NCBI RefSeq assembly: GCF_009914755.1
Contig: NC_060927.1
Strand: one strand, 5' to 3'
From: the human T2T-CHM13v2.0 reference genome, Homo sapiens
DNA length: 64,000 nt
A program made the translations under genes and the position numbers. Shown here piece after piece: positions 1-20,565 of the stretch; position 1 is the stretch's first letter, and every line of letters starts with the position of its first letter. The notes beneath the pieces are model-generated. The model worked only from the letters and a program-made list of their open reading frames with translations, did not search any database and was not told where the DNA came from.

Positions 1-61
1 CTGTGAATGGGGCTATGTATGGTCTGTGTCTGTGTGCCTAAGTTTTGATAAATATTTATTT

Positions 62-950
<889 letters not shown>

Positions 951-1524
951 CTACATATGTTTTAGGCTACATGACATACCTTTTTCTTTTTGTTTTTTAA
1001 TGTTTTCATGTTTCTAGGCTACATAGCTTGTCAGTTTTTTCAAATTAACACAAATCACCAAAACATTTTCTAATATATTATGTATTGAAAAAAAATCCAC
1101 ATATAAATGAACGCACGCAATTCAAACCCATGTCATTCAGGGTCAACTTATACATATGTATGTATGTGTGTATGATTCTTTTCAGAGTTACACATTCCTT
1201 TGGAAATATAAAGAAAGATATGGTTACTTTCCCCAAAGAAATGTCTACATGTGAAGTTTTGCATCCAATTTAGGGGCTCCAAAGATCAAACTCTTAAAGC
1301 CCATGGATCCCTGATAAAGAACTATAGTATATACCCAGTATTCTAAAAATCTAAAGCTGATTAGTCTAAGCATGTGTGTGTATACATAGTCTATACTAGG
1401 GACGGAATATTATTAGAATCGCAAAAGCACAGTTTGGTAAAAAGGATACCACCTAGTGGGCAGGCAGTGACAATGATGAACAAAAGCCATGTTTTTGCTA
1501 ATATAATCACTACCATTACTTTCA

Positions 1525-1719
<195 letters not shown>

Positions 1720-2048
1720 CTAAAACAGAAAGATAAATAACCACTTTAGTGGTCCTTTCAAAAGATTCTCACATCAGTTTAAAAGCACTCATTTTCCTTT
1801 CTGGGGAAGCTTTTTCTTCTTTAAGGCATAATGAAAATCAGTTACAAAGTCAATAACAAAAGAAAGGAAAAAAAGAAGAAAAAATAAACTCCTAATGATG
1901 AAAGGTGAAAGAAATACTTACTATTCATTCAACTAATATTTACTGAGCTCCAACCCTCAGGCAATGGGAATACAATATTGAGTAAAAAGAAAGTCAAGAT
2001 CCTAATAGTCAAGGGGTTTATAGTCTCACCAAGAGACACATTAAAATA

Positions 2049-2398
2049 CAGATATCCTCAACTTAAAATGATTGGACTTTATGATTTTTTTTTATTTTAC
2101 AGTGGTGCAAAAGCAGTATGCACTCAATAGAAACCATACTTTGGGTGCCCATACAACTCTTCTATTTTTCACTCTCAGCACAGTATTCGTTAAATTATAA
2201 GATATTAAACACTTTATTATAAAACAGGCTTTGTGCTAAATGATTTTGCCCAACTATAGGCTGATGTAAATGTTCTGAGAACATTTAAGGTAGGCTAGGC
2301 TAAGCTATGATATTCAGTAGGTTAAATGTATTAAAGGCATTTTCAACTTACAATGAGTTTATCAGGATATAACCCTATCATAAGTCGAAGAGCATCTG
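2049..2398 (-). mobile_element. MER47A/Tigger5-type non-autonomous DNA transposon
   Basis: Terminal inverted repeats CAGAT.TCCTCAACTT / AAGTCGAAGAGCATCTG flanked by TA TSDs. Confidence 0.8.
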
Positions 2399-2950
2399 TA
2401 CTAAATAAATAAATATAAAATACAACAATAATATATACCATTAAAAGAGAGTTTTACGGTGTTTTGAGGCCTCATATTTGACAGAAAGATCTGAAAGAAA
2501 AATTGTCCTGAGAAAACAATTTAGCTGAGATGTGAAGGTGGGGAAACATTATCTCAATGAAAGGCAACACATTTCAAATGAACAAAAGGGCACGTGTGAA
2601 TCCACTGTGGTGGCCCTGCAAGTTCTCCATACTGGAAGTATGTCAATGTATGTATTAAAAACTGGATTAATGCATCCATCTATTCACTCATTAAACAAAT
2701 ATTTACTATTTGTCAAATATTGTTCTAGGTACTGGGGATGGAGCTGCGAACAAAGCAGAAAAAAAGCTCTACCCTCATAATGTTTCTACTCCAGTAGGAA
2801 GAGATAGATAATTACAAATATGAGGTAAGTAAAATACATAAGGGACAGGGCGCAGTGGCTCACTCCTGTAATCCCAGCACTTTGGGAGGCCGAGGCCTGA
2901 GGTCAGGAGCTCGAGACCAGCCTGACCAACATGGAGAAGCTCCGCCTCTA

Positions 2951-3405
<455 letters not shown>

Positions 3406-4862
3406 CTAAGAGGGGTGGGGGATGTAGATCATGTAGGACCTTATAGACTACTAAGAAGACACTGGCTTTTATTCTAAATGAAACAGAAAGCCACTGCAAG
3501 TTTCTGAGAAGAAGGGTAACATGATCTGATGTTCATTTTAAATAGATCACTAGCTCCTGTAAGCACAGACTGAAAGGGACAAGGTCAGAAGCAGAGAGAA
3601 CAATTAGGAAATATTTCAATAATCCAGGTAAGAAATATAAGTGGTTCAAAAGGGTGGAGGCACAGACATGGTAAAAGAAGAAAAAAATTAACAGGAGAGC
3701 AAATGAATGTGTTCACACATAAATGTATTGAAGTAACCAAGGCATAGCCAGGCGAAATATGGGGCACAGAGCAAAGCAAGCAAGATTCCATACCAAGTAT
3801 GCAGAAACTACAAATGCATACCTAGGTAGTTAGTGAAACACATGAATTTCCAATTCTATTTCCAATTCTAAAATGACCCTTAGCTGTTTTAGTACTCAGA
3901 GGCACAACTCTGCACAAAAACAGCAGATGCCTCACTCCACCAATGTACATGAGTCAGTTCTTTAACCTCAGGATTAAAGTGTATTTGGGAGTATGGGAGG
4001 GTACTTATTTATCAAGTAACTTTCTAGATGCCAGATAATTTTTAAAAATCATATTTAATTCTTACAATATTCAAGATAGGGATTATAATATCCTATTTAA
4101 TAGGTGAAGATATGAGGTTCAGATAGGTTTTGTGATTCAACTACTATCTCAGCCATATCAAGTATCTCTATTAAGTATCAGAGGTAGATCTATCAGACTA
4201 CAAAAATAATATTCTTTTCACTCTACTATATATTATACCTACCATTTAACAAAAAAGTTAATCTTGCACACTAGCAGTTAGTGTAAACTAAACCATAAGA
4301 AAATCTTTTCCCAGTAAAAAGAAAACGCTACAAGATCAGTTATTTTTTTTAAATGTTTATATTATATATCAGGAAACAACTATTTATTTAAATTAAAGGT
4401 ACAACTACATTTCCTCTCTCACCATCACCGCTAATATTTTTTTTGGTGGGGGATGGAGTCTTACTCTGTTGCCCAGGCTGGAGTGCAGTGGCATGATCTC
4501 GGCTCACTGCAGCCTCTGCCTCCCATGTTCAAGCAATTCTCCTGCCTCAGCCTCCCATGTTCAAGCAATTCTCCTGCCTCAGCCTCCCGAGTAGCTGGGA
4601 TTACAGGCGCCCACCACCACACCCAGCTAATTTTTGTATTTTTAGTAGCGACAGGGTTTCACATGTTGGCCATGATGGTCTCTAACTCTTGACCTCAAGT
4701 GATCCACCCGCCTTGGCCTCCCAACATGTTGGGATTACAGACGTCAGCCACCACACCCAGCTCACCACCAATTCTTTAAGAGGAAACCAGTTAGCTTAAT
4801 ATTAATCCTAATGTATATGTAACTCCCAATTACATCATTCAGAATTTGTTAGCAATTTGCTA

Positions 4863-5165
<303 letters not shown>

Positions 5166-5449
5166 TTAAAAGATATATAATACATTAATAATTAGTGTTG
5201 CTAACAATATTCTTGGTTATGCCCTTTGGTACACACATGCATACATTTCTTTAGGATATATACCTAAGAATAAAATTACTGAGCCACAGATTACTGAGTC
5301 ACAGAATATCTTCAATTTTAGTAGATAATCCCACATTGTTTTCCAAAGTAACACCTCCACAATCTGTGTTTTCTATTGTTCCATAATCTTGTCACCACTT
5401 GGTATTGTCAATCTTTTTAATGTTGGCAGTTATAGACAGTACGTGGTAG

Positions 5450-5680
<231 letters not shown>

Positions 5681-8600
5681 TGATTTACCCACCTCGGCCT
5701 CCCGAAGTGCTGGGATTACAGGTGTGAGCCACTGTGCCCAGCCAGTATTTCTTTGAAGAAGTAATTTACAGTTCCCTGATAACCAATGAGACTACTGAGC
5801 ATCACTTCATGTGTATGAACCATGTGGATACCCTTTTTTTTTTTTTTTTTTTGAGACGGAGTCTTGCTCTGTTGCCCACTCACTGCAAGCTCCGTCTCCT
5901 GGGTTCCTGCCATTCTCCTGCCTCAGCCTCCCGAGTAGCTGGGACTACAGGCGCCCACCACCACGCCTGGCTAATTTTTTGTATTTTTAGTAGAGATGGG
6001 TTTTCACCATGTTAGCCAGGATGGTCTCGATCTCCTGACCTCGTGATCCACCCACCTCAGCCTCCCAAAGTGTTGGAATTACAGGCGTGAGCCACCACGC
6101 CCAGCCGATACTGTTTCAAAAGCCTGTTTTTTTGTCCATTGATATAGTGGGTTGTGTTTTTCTTATTCATTTGTAGAATTTTTAAATGTCTGGATAGTGA
6201 ATTTCCTCTTTCATTTTTTGCTCTGTTTTTATTAGTTTATCAAGCTTTCTGTTGCATTATTTTACTTTTTTTTTTTTTGAGACAGGGTCTAGCTCTGTCA
6301 CCCAGGCTGGAGTGCAAAGGCACGATCTTGGCTCATGGCAACCTCTACCTCCAGGGTTCAAGTGATTCTTATGCCACCTGAGTAGCTGGGATTGCAGGTA
6401 TGCATCACCACGCCCAGCCAAATTTTGTATTTTTAGTAGAGACAGGGTTTTGCCATGTTGGGCAGGCTCATCTAGAACTGGCCTCAAGTGATCTGCCTGC
6501 CTTGGCCTCCCAAAGTGCTGGGATTACAGGCATGAGCCACCATGCTTGGCCTTTTTTCTAAGTTATTGGGATGGATAATTAAATAATTGATTCTCAGTCT
6601 CTCTTCCTTAATAATATATACACTTTATGCTATCAATTTCCTTTTAAAAACAACTTTTGCTGCCCTTCACAAGTTTTGTTAAGAGATATTTTTATTATAC
6701 TTTCAGTTCAAACTATTTTCTAACTTCTGTTGTGATTACTTTTTTGATCTAAAAGTGTGTCAAAAATGTGTTTATTTCTAGTCATGTAGACATGTCCTAG
6801 TTATGCTTTTCTTATAGCTAAATTCACTGTTGTTAGAAAATAAATGATATGAATCCATTAAAATATGTTAAGACTTGCTTTATGGTCCAGTATATGGAAA
6901 ACTTTTTGATAAATGTTCCATGTGTAACTCAAATGCACAGGTACTCTGCTGTTTTGAGGTAATTGTTCAATATATATCCATTAGGTCAAATTTGCTGATT
7001 ATATTAATCAGATTTTCTATATCCCTAGTGATTTGGGATATAGATGGTTATCTGCTTGTTCTATCACAAGAGAGATGTGTTCAATTCTCCCTTAACTGAA
7101 AAGAATCTATTGAGTACCCAGCACAATGATTAAAAATAGACCAACACCAACACACATCAGTATGAAATTTCACAGCACTGTGGAAAAAGAGGAGTGCCTA
7201 AAAATTCCCAGACAGAATTTAAAAAATTGTTTACAAAGGATGAAAAACCAGCATAGCACTGAATTTCTCAATAGCAATGAGAAAATGAAGTAATGCCTTG
7301 ACAACTCTGAAGGAAAAGTATTTCTAATCTTGACTTTTATACCTGGACAGTCCATAATTATGGAGGCTGGGCACAGTGGCTCATGCCTATAAACCTAGCA
7401 CTTTGGGAGGCCGAGGTGGGTAGATCACCTGAGGTCAGGCATTCGAGACCAGCCTGGCCAACATGGTGAAACCCTGTCTCTACTAAAAATACACAAATTA
7501 GCTGGGTGTGGTGGCAGGCGCCTATAATCCCAGCTACTCAGGAGGCTCAGGCAGGAGAATCGCTTGAACCTGGGAGATGGAGGTTGCAGTGAGCCGAGAT
7601 CACGCCACTTCACTCCAGCCTGGGCAAAAGAGCGGAACTCCATCTCAAAAAAAAAAAAAAAAAAAGAAAGAATTATGAGGCATTTTCAGACATGCAAGTT
7701 CTCAAAAAGTTTATACCTATGTGTGTTCACTGAAATAAAGTAGAAGTTCCTGGAAGATATTCCCACCAAAATGAGATGGTAAATCAAGACAGACATATGG
7801 TCAAAAAATTGGTAGGGGGAAGGGAATCCCAAGATGATTGCTATATAGCACATATATAGATTAACCACCTATCTAGATTGGAACAACTTGAAGGGCTTCA
7901 GGAAAATCTTCAAGAAGATGACTGGCAGAATAGCAAATGTGGTAGAATACACAACTGGGGAGGAGGCTAGGGATAAATTAGCAGTAAGTATCTGGAAAAC
8001 CAAGCCATCAAACAAAAAAGACAGTTATTAATTTCAGAGAAAACAAAAAGTTGTTTAGAAAAGCAGAAGTAATCATATTACACTATAGCCCAGTTACCAA
8101 TGTCATTTATATAGTCATAATAGTGTAACACTGAATAATGATCTAAGCAAAATCATAACATAACTATATTTGAAGAATAGGAAGATAATGAGAGGATAAG
8201 GAGAGACTGCAGAGAAGGGAGAAGATTGGGTAGTGGTTAGTAAAAAATTTAAAAGAAAGCTAGATCTTCATCTTTCATAGTAAAAGTCAAGATATAAGGT
8301 CTGAAATTTAAAAAATTAAGTAGCCACAATTAGAGATGCTGCTGTAAATATTTTTAAAAAGCTAGAAGAGTTGAAAGGTAGTTGCCTCTGAGAAGTGAGG
8401 GCTAAAAAAATAATATTTTTTTCAAAATTAGCCTGACTACTTATATATATATAGATGACAAATACAGAAACTAGATTTTTAAAAATCTATAATAAAAATG
8501 TATACATTGAAAGGTGAGCAGTCAGAAAATTAAGAATGTTTACACAGTAATCTAAAATCAGTTGCAACCTGAAATACTTTTTCTGTTGTTGTTAGAGACA

Positions 8601-9030
8601 TGGTCTTGCTCTGTTGCCCAGGCTAGAGTAAAGTGGCACAATCATACCTCATTGCAGCCTGGAACTCTTGGGCTTAAGTAATCCTCCTGCCTCAGCCTAC
8701 TGAGAAGCTGGGACTACAGGTGTGTGCCACCATGCCCAGCTAATTTTTTTTATTATTTATAGAAATGGGGTCTCACTGTGTTGCCCAGGCTGGTCTGGAA
8801 CTCAGGCTCAAGTGATCCTCCCACATCAGCCTTCCAAAGTGCTGGGATTACAGGTGTCAGCCACCATGCCTGGACTGACTTCTGGAACAAAAACAAACTA
8901 CTATACATAAGTTTTCTCAATAAGAAAAATATTACACTCCCTTAATTTATTTAACTCATACTTATGCATTTTTCAGACACTTCCTCAACATTGTTTGAAA
9001 TCTCAGGAACTCAGTTATTTCACGTACTTA

Positions 9031-9168
<138 letters not shown>

Positions 9169-9227
9169 TTACAGAATGTCACATCCATGAAGAATTTTTT
9201 TCCAACCTTTATTTCACTCTATTTAAT

Positions 9228-9585
9228 TTCCTTTATATCAACTTTTATTTTAGATTTGGGGGTACATGTGAAGGTCTGTTACCTGGGTATATTGTGTAAT
9301 GCTGAGGTTTGGATACAAATGATCCCATCACCCAGGTACTTAGCAATAGTACCCTATTATTAAATAGTTAGTTTTTCAACCCTTGTTCCCTTCTAGTAGT
9401 CCCCAGTTTCTGTTGTCGCTATCTTTATGTCCATGAGTACTCAAAGGTTAATTCCCACTTACGAGTGAGAACATGTGGTACTTGGTTTTCTGTTCCTGCG
9501 TTAACTGGCTTAGGATAATGGCTCCAGCTGCATCCATGTGGCTTTGCTACAAAGGACATGATTTCATTCTTTTTATGACTGCGCC
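9228..9585 (-). mobile_element. L1 (L1PA/L1PB-type) 3' end fragment
   Basis: ACTTTTATTTTAGATT.GGGGGTACATGTG...CCCACTTA.GAGTGAGAACATG.GGTA is typical of an L1 3' UTR. Confidence 0.75.
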
Positions 9586-9629
9586 AAGAAGACATTTAAA
9601 AGACTCAATATCTTTGAAATAAGATATTG

Positions 9630-11565
<1,936 letters not shown>

Positions 11566-12888
11566 TCAAGAGTTATAAACTGGTTCTATCCCAGAACATA
11601 GACATAAGTATCTAAAGACATCTACCAGATTACTGTCATCAGTTGTTTCTGGCCAGGACACACTGGTTCTTTTTAGATCATATACTAAAAATATAAAGTT
11701 TAGAACTGACAAAACTGTTAAGAGTCAAATAAAATTATGCCATTTTAATGACAGCATAATAATCTAAAAACTTCTAAGAGCTATTTAGAGGAATTAAAAT
11801 TGGAGAAAAACTACCTTAAGCACTAACATTTTTAATCTAATAAATAGCAAGAAACTAGCTATAACACTTAAAGAAACAAATTTATACTTCATGAGGAAAA
11901 TAGTCTCATTATCCTACTAATGACCAATTTTTTAATGTAATTGGAAGAAAAGTTTTTAAAAGTCAAATTCAGTGGGACTTTAATAATAATTTTTTTTTTT
12001 TTAGTTTAACTTTTAACTAACATACCTTTCAATAAAAAGGATCCTTTCATCATTTCGTTACTTTGGGTCTAAGTTGAGTGATGTTACCATGTATGACCAG
12101 CTTTGTTGGCTACTGTGCCTCTGAAATAACTATTAAAAAGATTTATAGAACCATAGAAATTTAGAGCTATTCATTCAATAAAATTTTCCTGAGTGTTTAC
12201 TAAGTTAACCCACAGGGCTAAGGGTTAACATCCTAATTTTACAAATAAAAAAACTGAGGCCCAGCCAGTTATATGCCCGGCCTAAAGACATAGTTAGTGG
12301 CAAAACTGGGACTAGAACCCACATTTCTTTAACAATCAGTATAACAATCTTTCCATTTCAAAAGCACATATTTTTCACTGCAGAAATCACAACAGTAAAT
12401 TTATTCCATTTAATAAAATATTGTATTTGTGAAAATGCCCTAAAAACTGTGAGCATCATATTGATGTAAACTACTATTAGTCATTTTTGCAGAACAGAGG
12501 AACAGATCACATACCTGGAGCTTTACCTAAGCACCAATGGATCTTGACCTTCATCCCCTAAATATTCCTAAATAGTCCTCAATTAGGGCAGGATACACTT
12601 CCTTAAACACTCTTTCCTTTCTATGCTTCAGTCTAGTCCTACTGTTCAGTTAAATGCTGATTCTTAATGTGCGTGTTTATATGCTAGTTTAAATATTCTG
12701 TTTATTTCCTAAGAAAAGGTTTACAAATTTTTACACAATTTTCACCAATTATTCTTTTGATTTGATGGCCCCTTCTCCTTAATGCAATAATAATTTTCTT
12801 TTAATTTCCTTCTGTAAATTTTTTTAATTTTTTTTTTTTTTGAGACAGAGTCTTACTCTGTTGCCCAGGCTGGAGTGCAATAGCGTGA

Positions 12889-13128
<240 letters not shown>

Positions 13129-13214
13129 TAATGCTTTTGGCAGTAGCCTCTTAAAGCTACATAGGGCACAATGAAGAAACTTTGTTTTCCACTTGCTTTT
13201 ATAATTCTATTTCA

Positions 13215-13520
<306 letters not shown>

Positions 13521-13961
13521 TCACTAAGGGCCCAATAGCACTTAAAATCTTTATACCCTGAAATGCCCTTTACTTTAAACCACCTGTCTTAATAGTCTCA
13601 ACTAAAAACAGAGTAAATAAATCTTTATATCAGCAATATGATGAATACTACTGAGTACCTAGTTTATACCTAAAGATCCTTTCCTTTAAGTACCAAATGG
13701 GTAAAAGGCCTGCTTTGAGGAAGTAGATGAACAATTTTATTATGATAGGAGCTATGATCGAAGTTGAAGAAAAGGGCTGGGCATGGTGGCTCATGCCTGT
13801 AATCCCAGCATTTTAGGAGGCCAAGGCCGGGGGATCACTTGAGGTCAGGAGTTTGAAACCATCCTGGACAACATGGTAAAACCCCATCTCTATTACTATA
13901 AAAATAACAAAAAAAAAAATAGCTGGGCGTGGTGGCGGGCACCTGTAATCCCAGTTACTCA

Positions 13962-14138
<177 letters not shown>

Positions 14139-14752
14139 TTATGAGAAGGTAAGGAAGAAAGCAAGAGGAGGCCACGATGGGCAAGGTGTTGTATGTCTGT
14201 AATCCCAGCATCTTGGGAGGCTGAGGCCTGAGAATCACATGAACCCAGGAAGAGGAGGCTGCAGTGAGTTGCAGTCACGCCATTGCACTCTAGCATGGGT
14301 GATACAGTGAGACTCTGTTCCAAAAAAAGAAAAAAGAAAGGAAGAGGAAAGGAATGCCATGCCTAAGAAACAGCATATGGTACAAAGGCCTAGAAGAAAG
14401 CCTGGCATGTTCAGATGACACAGAAGGTAATTTAGTAAGCATGGAGTATAAAGTACCCCAGGGGTATAAAAGAAGAGATATGAAAGTGCCACAAGAAAGG
14501 TTTATAATCCCACCATTTAAGGAGTTTAAACCTTGTCCTGAAAGCAATGCAGTGTGACTGATGAGTTTTATGAAAAGGAGTGACAAGATCATATTTGTAC
14601 TTTATAAAGATCACTTTGGACTGGGCACAGTGAATCATGCCTGTAATCTCAAAACTTTGGGAGAATCACTTGAGCCCAGGAGTTCAAGACCAGCCTGGAC
14701 AACACAGTGCCACCCCCATCTCTACAAAAAATTTAAACAAAAATTTTTTTTA

Positions 14753-15148
<396 letters not shown>

Positions 15149-15482
15149 TCAGTTTCAAGCAATTGAAATGGTCAAGCAATTATGCCACTGCCACTAACTA
15201 TGACTTCTTAGCATTTACAAGTATTTTATTTTTTGTAATGCCTTTTCACAATACAAGTACTTTCTATGTGCCAAAAACTGTTCTGAGCTTTTATATATGA
15301 AATAATTTAATCAACTCTAAGTACTACCGAGGCACACATACTCACAAACACATATACACTCTCTCACTCTTCCTAAGTAATCTGTGAGGCTGCATAGCCA
15401 GTAAGTGATAGTTTTCAAATCCAACCAGTCTAATTCCACTGCCTGAACTTATATCTGCTGATAATTATTTAATTCGTCCTTA

Positions 15483-15797
<315 letters not shown>

Positions 15798-15808
15798 CTA
15801 GGTACTCA

Positions 15809-15943
<135 letters not shown>

Positions 15944-16082
15944 TTATATAAAGTATATTACTTGTTGTTTGTATATACAACCCTGTACAAACAGGTCAAT
16001 CTATAGCTGGGCACGGTGACTCACACCTATAATCCCAGCACTTTGGGAGGCTAAGGTAGGCAGATCACTTGTCAGAAGCTCA

Positions 16083-16385
<303 letters not shown>

Positions 16386-16638
16386 TCACTGGGATATATG
16401 TTTGTTGAGAATAATGGCAGGCAGAATTGCCCACTCTTTAAATTGTCATTTTTCTTGCTTCCCTCCACCCCAGTCAAACAATAAAACTTTTGTAATTTAA
16501 ATATAAATAAAACTCCACTTTTCACACATATTGTACGATTTTCTCTAGTTATAAAGCACTGCCTCATTCACCTTTTAAACGAACCACAACTACCTCAATA
16601 GAGTATTCTTTACATTCATATCTTAAAAATAGTAATTA

Positions 16639-16890
<252 letters not shown>

Positions 16891-17479
16891 TTACAGTTAG
16901 CCCTTCACCGTGTGTTGGAATTCCTATGTGTTGAAATGAAGCTCTTTAAAGCACATCCTGACTTCAAGAATCTTATGAGAAATTGACCATGTATAGAAAA
17001 GTAATAAATTGTTATTTACTGCATATAATAAAAATTCCTTAAAAGCCTCAAACGAACAAAAAAGCGTGCAATACACAGTAGATAAAGAGTGTTGGAATTA
17101 CGGGTGTAGTTGGGGGAGGAGGGCAATATGCAAGCATTACAAAGCTAAGTTAGGTGAGTTTCTATTTATAGTAAGTTTTAGTTCCATGACGACTGCACAA
17201 CTAACGATTTTAAAAAACTGGGTCGACATCCACGGGACACCCAACCAATCTCATTACGAATCCCTTCCAGCCTTCCCCTGGACGCCGAACAGCCTGTGCC
17301 GTACTCCAGGCCCAACAATCCTGTCTTAAGGGTCTGTAAGGAGTACTGGGTACTACCAGGAACGAGCCGCCCAACAGATGATGGGATGAAGCTAACTAGG
17401 AAGTTGTTTCTCTAAAGGTCGAAAGATCCAGAAGCCACGTGAACATTAATACCAGGCGATCACTGAAAACACGCGTATG

Positions 17480-18040
17480 TCTGAACAGAAAGTGACCTGC
17501 CACACCAGGCCCCAGTCACAGAGAAGGGGAGTAGAAGCCCAATGGGGTATGCAACGAAGCAAGTCCCGTGGGGTGAGGACACCTCCCGACCCATGGCCCG
17601 GCGGAGCTGCCCCCGTTGCCCGCGGCCTCCCGGGTTCCTGGAGCACCTGCAGCTGCGGCCTTCAGGCAGCGACCAAGGCCGGGCGGCGGGCTCAGCACGG
17701 ACCCGGAGAGGAACTGGGGGCTGGCACTGCTGTCACCGCCGCTTCCCGAGAACGAATCTGAGCCTGATTCTGAACGCCGCCGTTTCCCACTCCGACGCAG
17801 AAGATTCATGGCAAACTCTTCTCGGCCGATCAGGGCAAGCCACAGTCCCAGCGTCCTCCCTCTCGGGAGAACCCTGGCCTGGCAACAGCTGCGGACATCT
17901 TCCCGCCAGTCTTCAAACTCAAACCTCCCGGCCCGCCCCGGAACCATAGAGTTCTCCGTGGCTTAAGTAACCCGAAAGCCATAGACTCGTGGGGAAGGAG
18001 CGGCTCTCGCTGGCGTCTAAGACTTCCGGCCTCCAACCTC
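17480..18040 (-). promoter_or_regulatory. POLQ: POLQ CpG-island promoter with E2F-like site (GGCGGGAA, 17900-17907), CHR (TTTGAA, 17912-17917), GC box (17931-17940) and ETS motif (CCGGAAGT, 18022-18029)
   Basis: High GC/CpG density around exon 1; motifs read directly on the minus strand; consistent with cell-cycle (E2F/DREAM) control. Confidence 0.8.
17647..17809 (-). CDS. POLQ: DNA polymerase theta, coding exon 1 (MNLLRRSGKRRRSESGSDSFSGSGGDSSASPQFLSGSVLSPPPGLGRCLKAAAAG)
   Basis: Recognised POLQ N-terminus. ATG at 17809 in GCCATGA context; 163 nt to donor G|GTGCTC; lies in a CpG island. Confidence 0.97.
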
Positions 18041-18947
18041 CTGGTTGGTTAATATGAGAGATAGATTAAAGAGGAAGAATACAGAATCTACAGTTATAAC
18101 CATACTGACCTAAAAGCCTTCCTTCTCTTTTTGTCCATTTCTGGTTTGAATAGGAAGGCCATGCTAACTTCATAAAATGGGCTGCCCATAATAGGTAGAT
18201 CAGGGAAGTAGCTCTTCTTAACGTATTGGTATTCTGTAAAAAATTATTTCAGATTGAGAAACATTATGCAAGATAGCCTAGGGTTTCTAATAGAGCATAA
18301 TTTCCTCCTTTCTCCTAGTATATGATGGTAGGGCAGGGCTATTTCTGAACACAATTTCCATTTTAGCCAGCATGCATTGTGAGGAATATGTAATGAGGAA
18401 TTGGGGATTGCTGGCTGACAGACCCCTGAGACACTATATGAACGCCGCGAGGAAGGGGCTCTGAATATACCCCAGGGATCGTTATGAGCCAAGAGCTTAG
18501 TAATGCATCTGTGTTGTCCCTTTTGTAAAGGTAGAAGCGAACGAGTTCTGAACGTAAAACGGTGACCATTCATTACCTAGTTGCATAATTCATTTCACCA
18601 AGCAAACCTAGTAGGCCCTAAGCCTGACCTGAAGAGGCTGTGCAGTTCTAGAGCACTAAAAATCTCAAAAGGTCCAGTCCAATTAAAAAAAAAAAAAAAC
18701 ACTCGAATACAATCTGGAAAATAGCATTCGAACCATCAATTCCTTCCGTGAAAACATTTTTTTGATTTAAATGACAATATTCTAAAGTTCCACGAGATGG
18801 CGACATTACTCCGTGAATGAAACATTTTTCTCTTGGCCTTTTACGCAATCAACAACTATTTACTGAGTATCTACTGTAAGCTAGCCACTGGGTAAATGGC
18901 AGTGAAATGGCATAAAATGGTTCCTGCTCTCAAAGAGAAAGAGTCTA

Positions 18948-19403
<456 letters not shown>

Positions 19404-19486
19404 TTAAGGGTTAACAGTGCAACTCTGGAGTCAGTCAGTCTAGGTTTGAAACTTAGTAGCTGTGAGATCTTGGGCAACTTGCTTAA

Positions 19487-19777
<291 letters not shown>

Positions 19778-20565
19778 TAACCCTTTTGTGCCTCCATGTC
19801 CTCATCTGTATGATAGAGATAATAATTGTAACAACCTATTTGGTTATTTTGAGGACTGAGTAAGTCAATATGTGTAAAGTACTTAGAATAGTGCCGGCAC
19901 ATAATAAATACTATTCAGAGAAAATATTTAGATGTTCTAATATAGCCCCCAATTTAAATTCAGCATTTTGCTGGGAAAAGGCTAAACTAGAAAAATCTCT
20001 TACAAAGCTATTCTGTTTTTATTATTAGGTGAACTATGATCAAATCAGAAAAATAATTAGAAAGGAATTGAAAGTTTTATGTCATCCTACCAAAAGCCTA
20101 GAGAATATTTTAAAATATATAATTTATTTTAAATGTTCAACATTTCTAATTTTTTCAGAAAAACTCTGAAAATGGAGAATAGAAGGCTATTTCTCAAAAA
20201 TATTAAAGATGTTTATGCTAACAGTTATCATAATAACTAATATTAAAATACCAGAAGCATTTTCCATCTGTATTGTGTCTAAACTCGTGTTCCTTGGAAT
20301 TTTGTCTGTGATAATTCCTCAAGGAGGCAGGGTGCAGTGGCTCACACCTGTAATCCCAGCACTTTGGGAGGCCAAGGCAGGCCGAATCATTTGAGGTTAG
20401 GAGTTCGAGACCAGCCTGGCCAACATGGTGAAACCCCATCTCTACTAAAAATACAAAAATTAGCCAGGCCTAGTGGTGCACCTGTGGTCCCAGCTACTTG
20501 GAAGGCTAAGGCAGGAGAATGGCTTGAATCTAGGAGGTAGAGGTTGCAGTGAGCCAGGATCACAC

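Noticed and set aside
12204-12229. GTTAACCC...GGGTTAAC inverted repeat
   Set aside because: An 8-bp stem is within chance expectation.
17477-17966. Plus-strand ORFs antisense to POLQ exon 1
   Set aside because: Expected stop-codon scarcity in a GC-rich CpG island; no recognisable protein features.
18240-18850. Unique sequence upstream of POLQ with some retained CpGs and 68-109 aa minus-strand ORFs
   Set aside because: No recognisable homology, splice structure or RNA-gene motifs; most likely the CpG-island shore.
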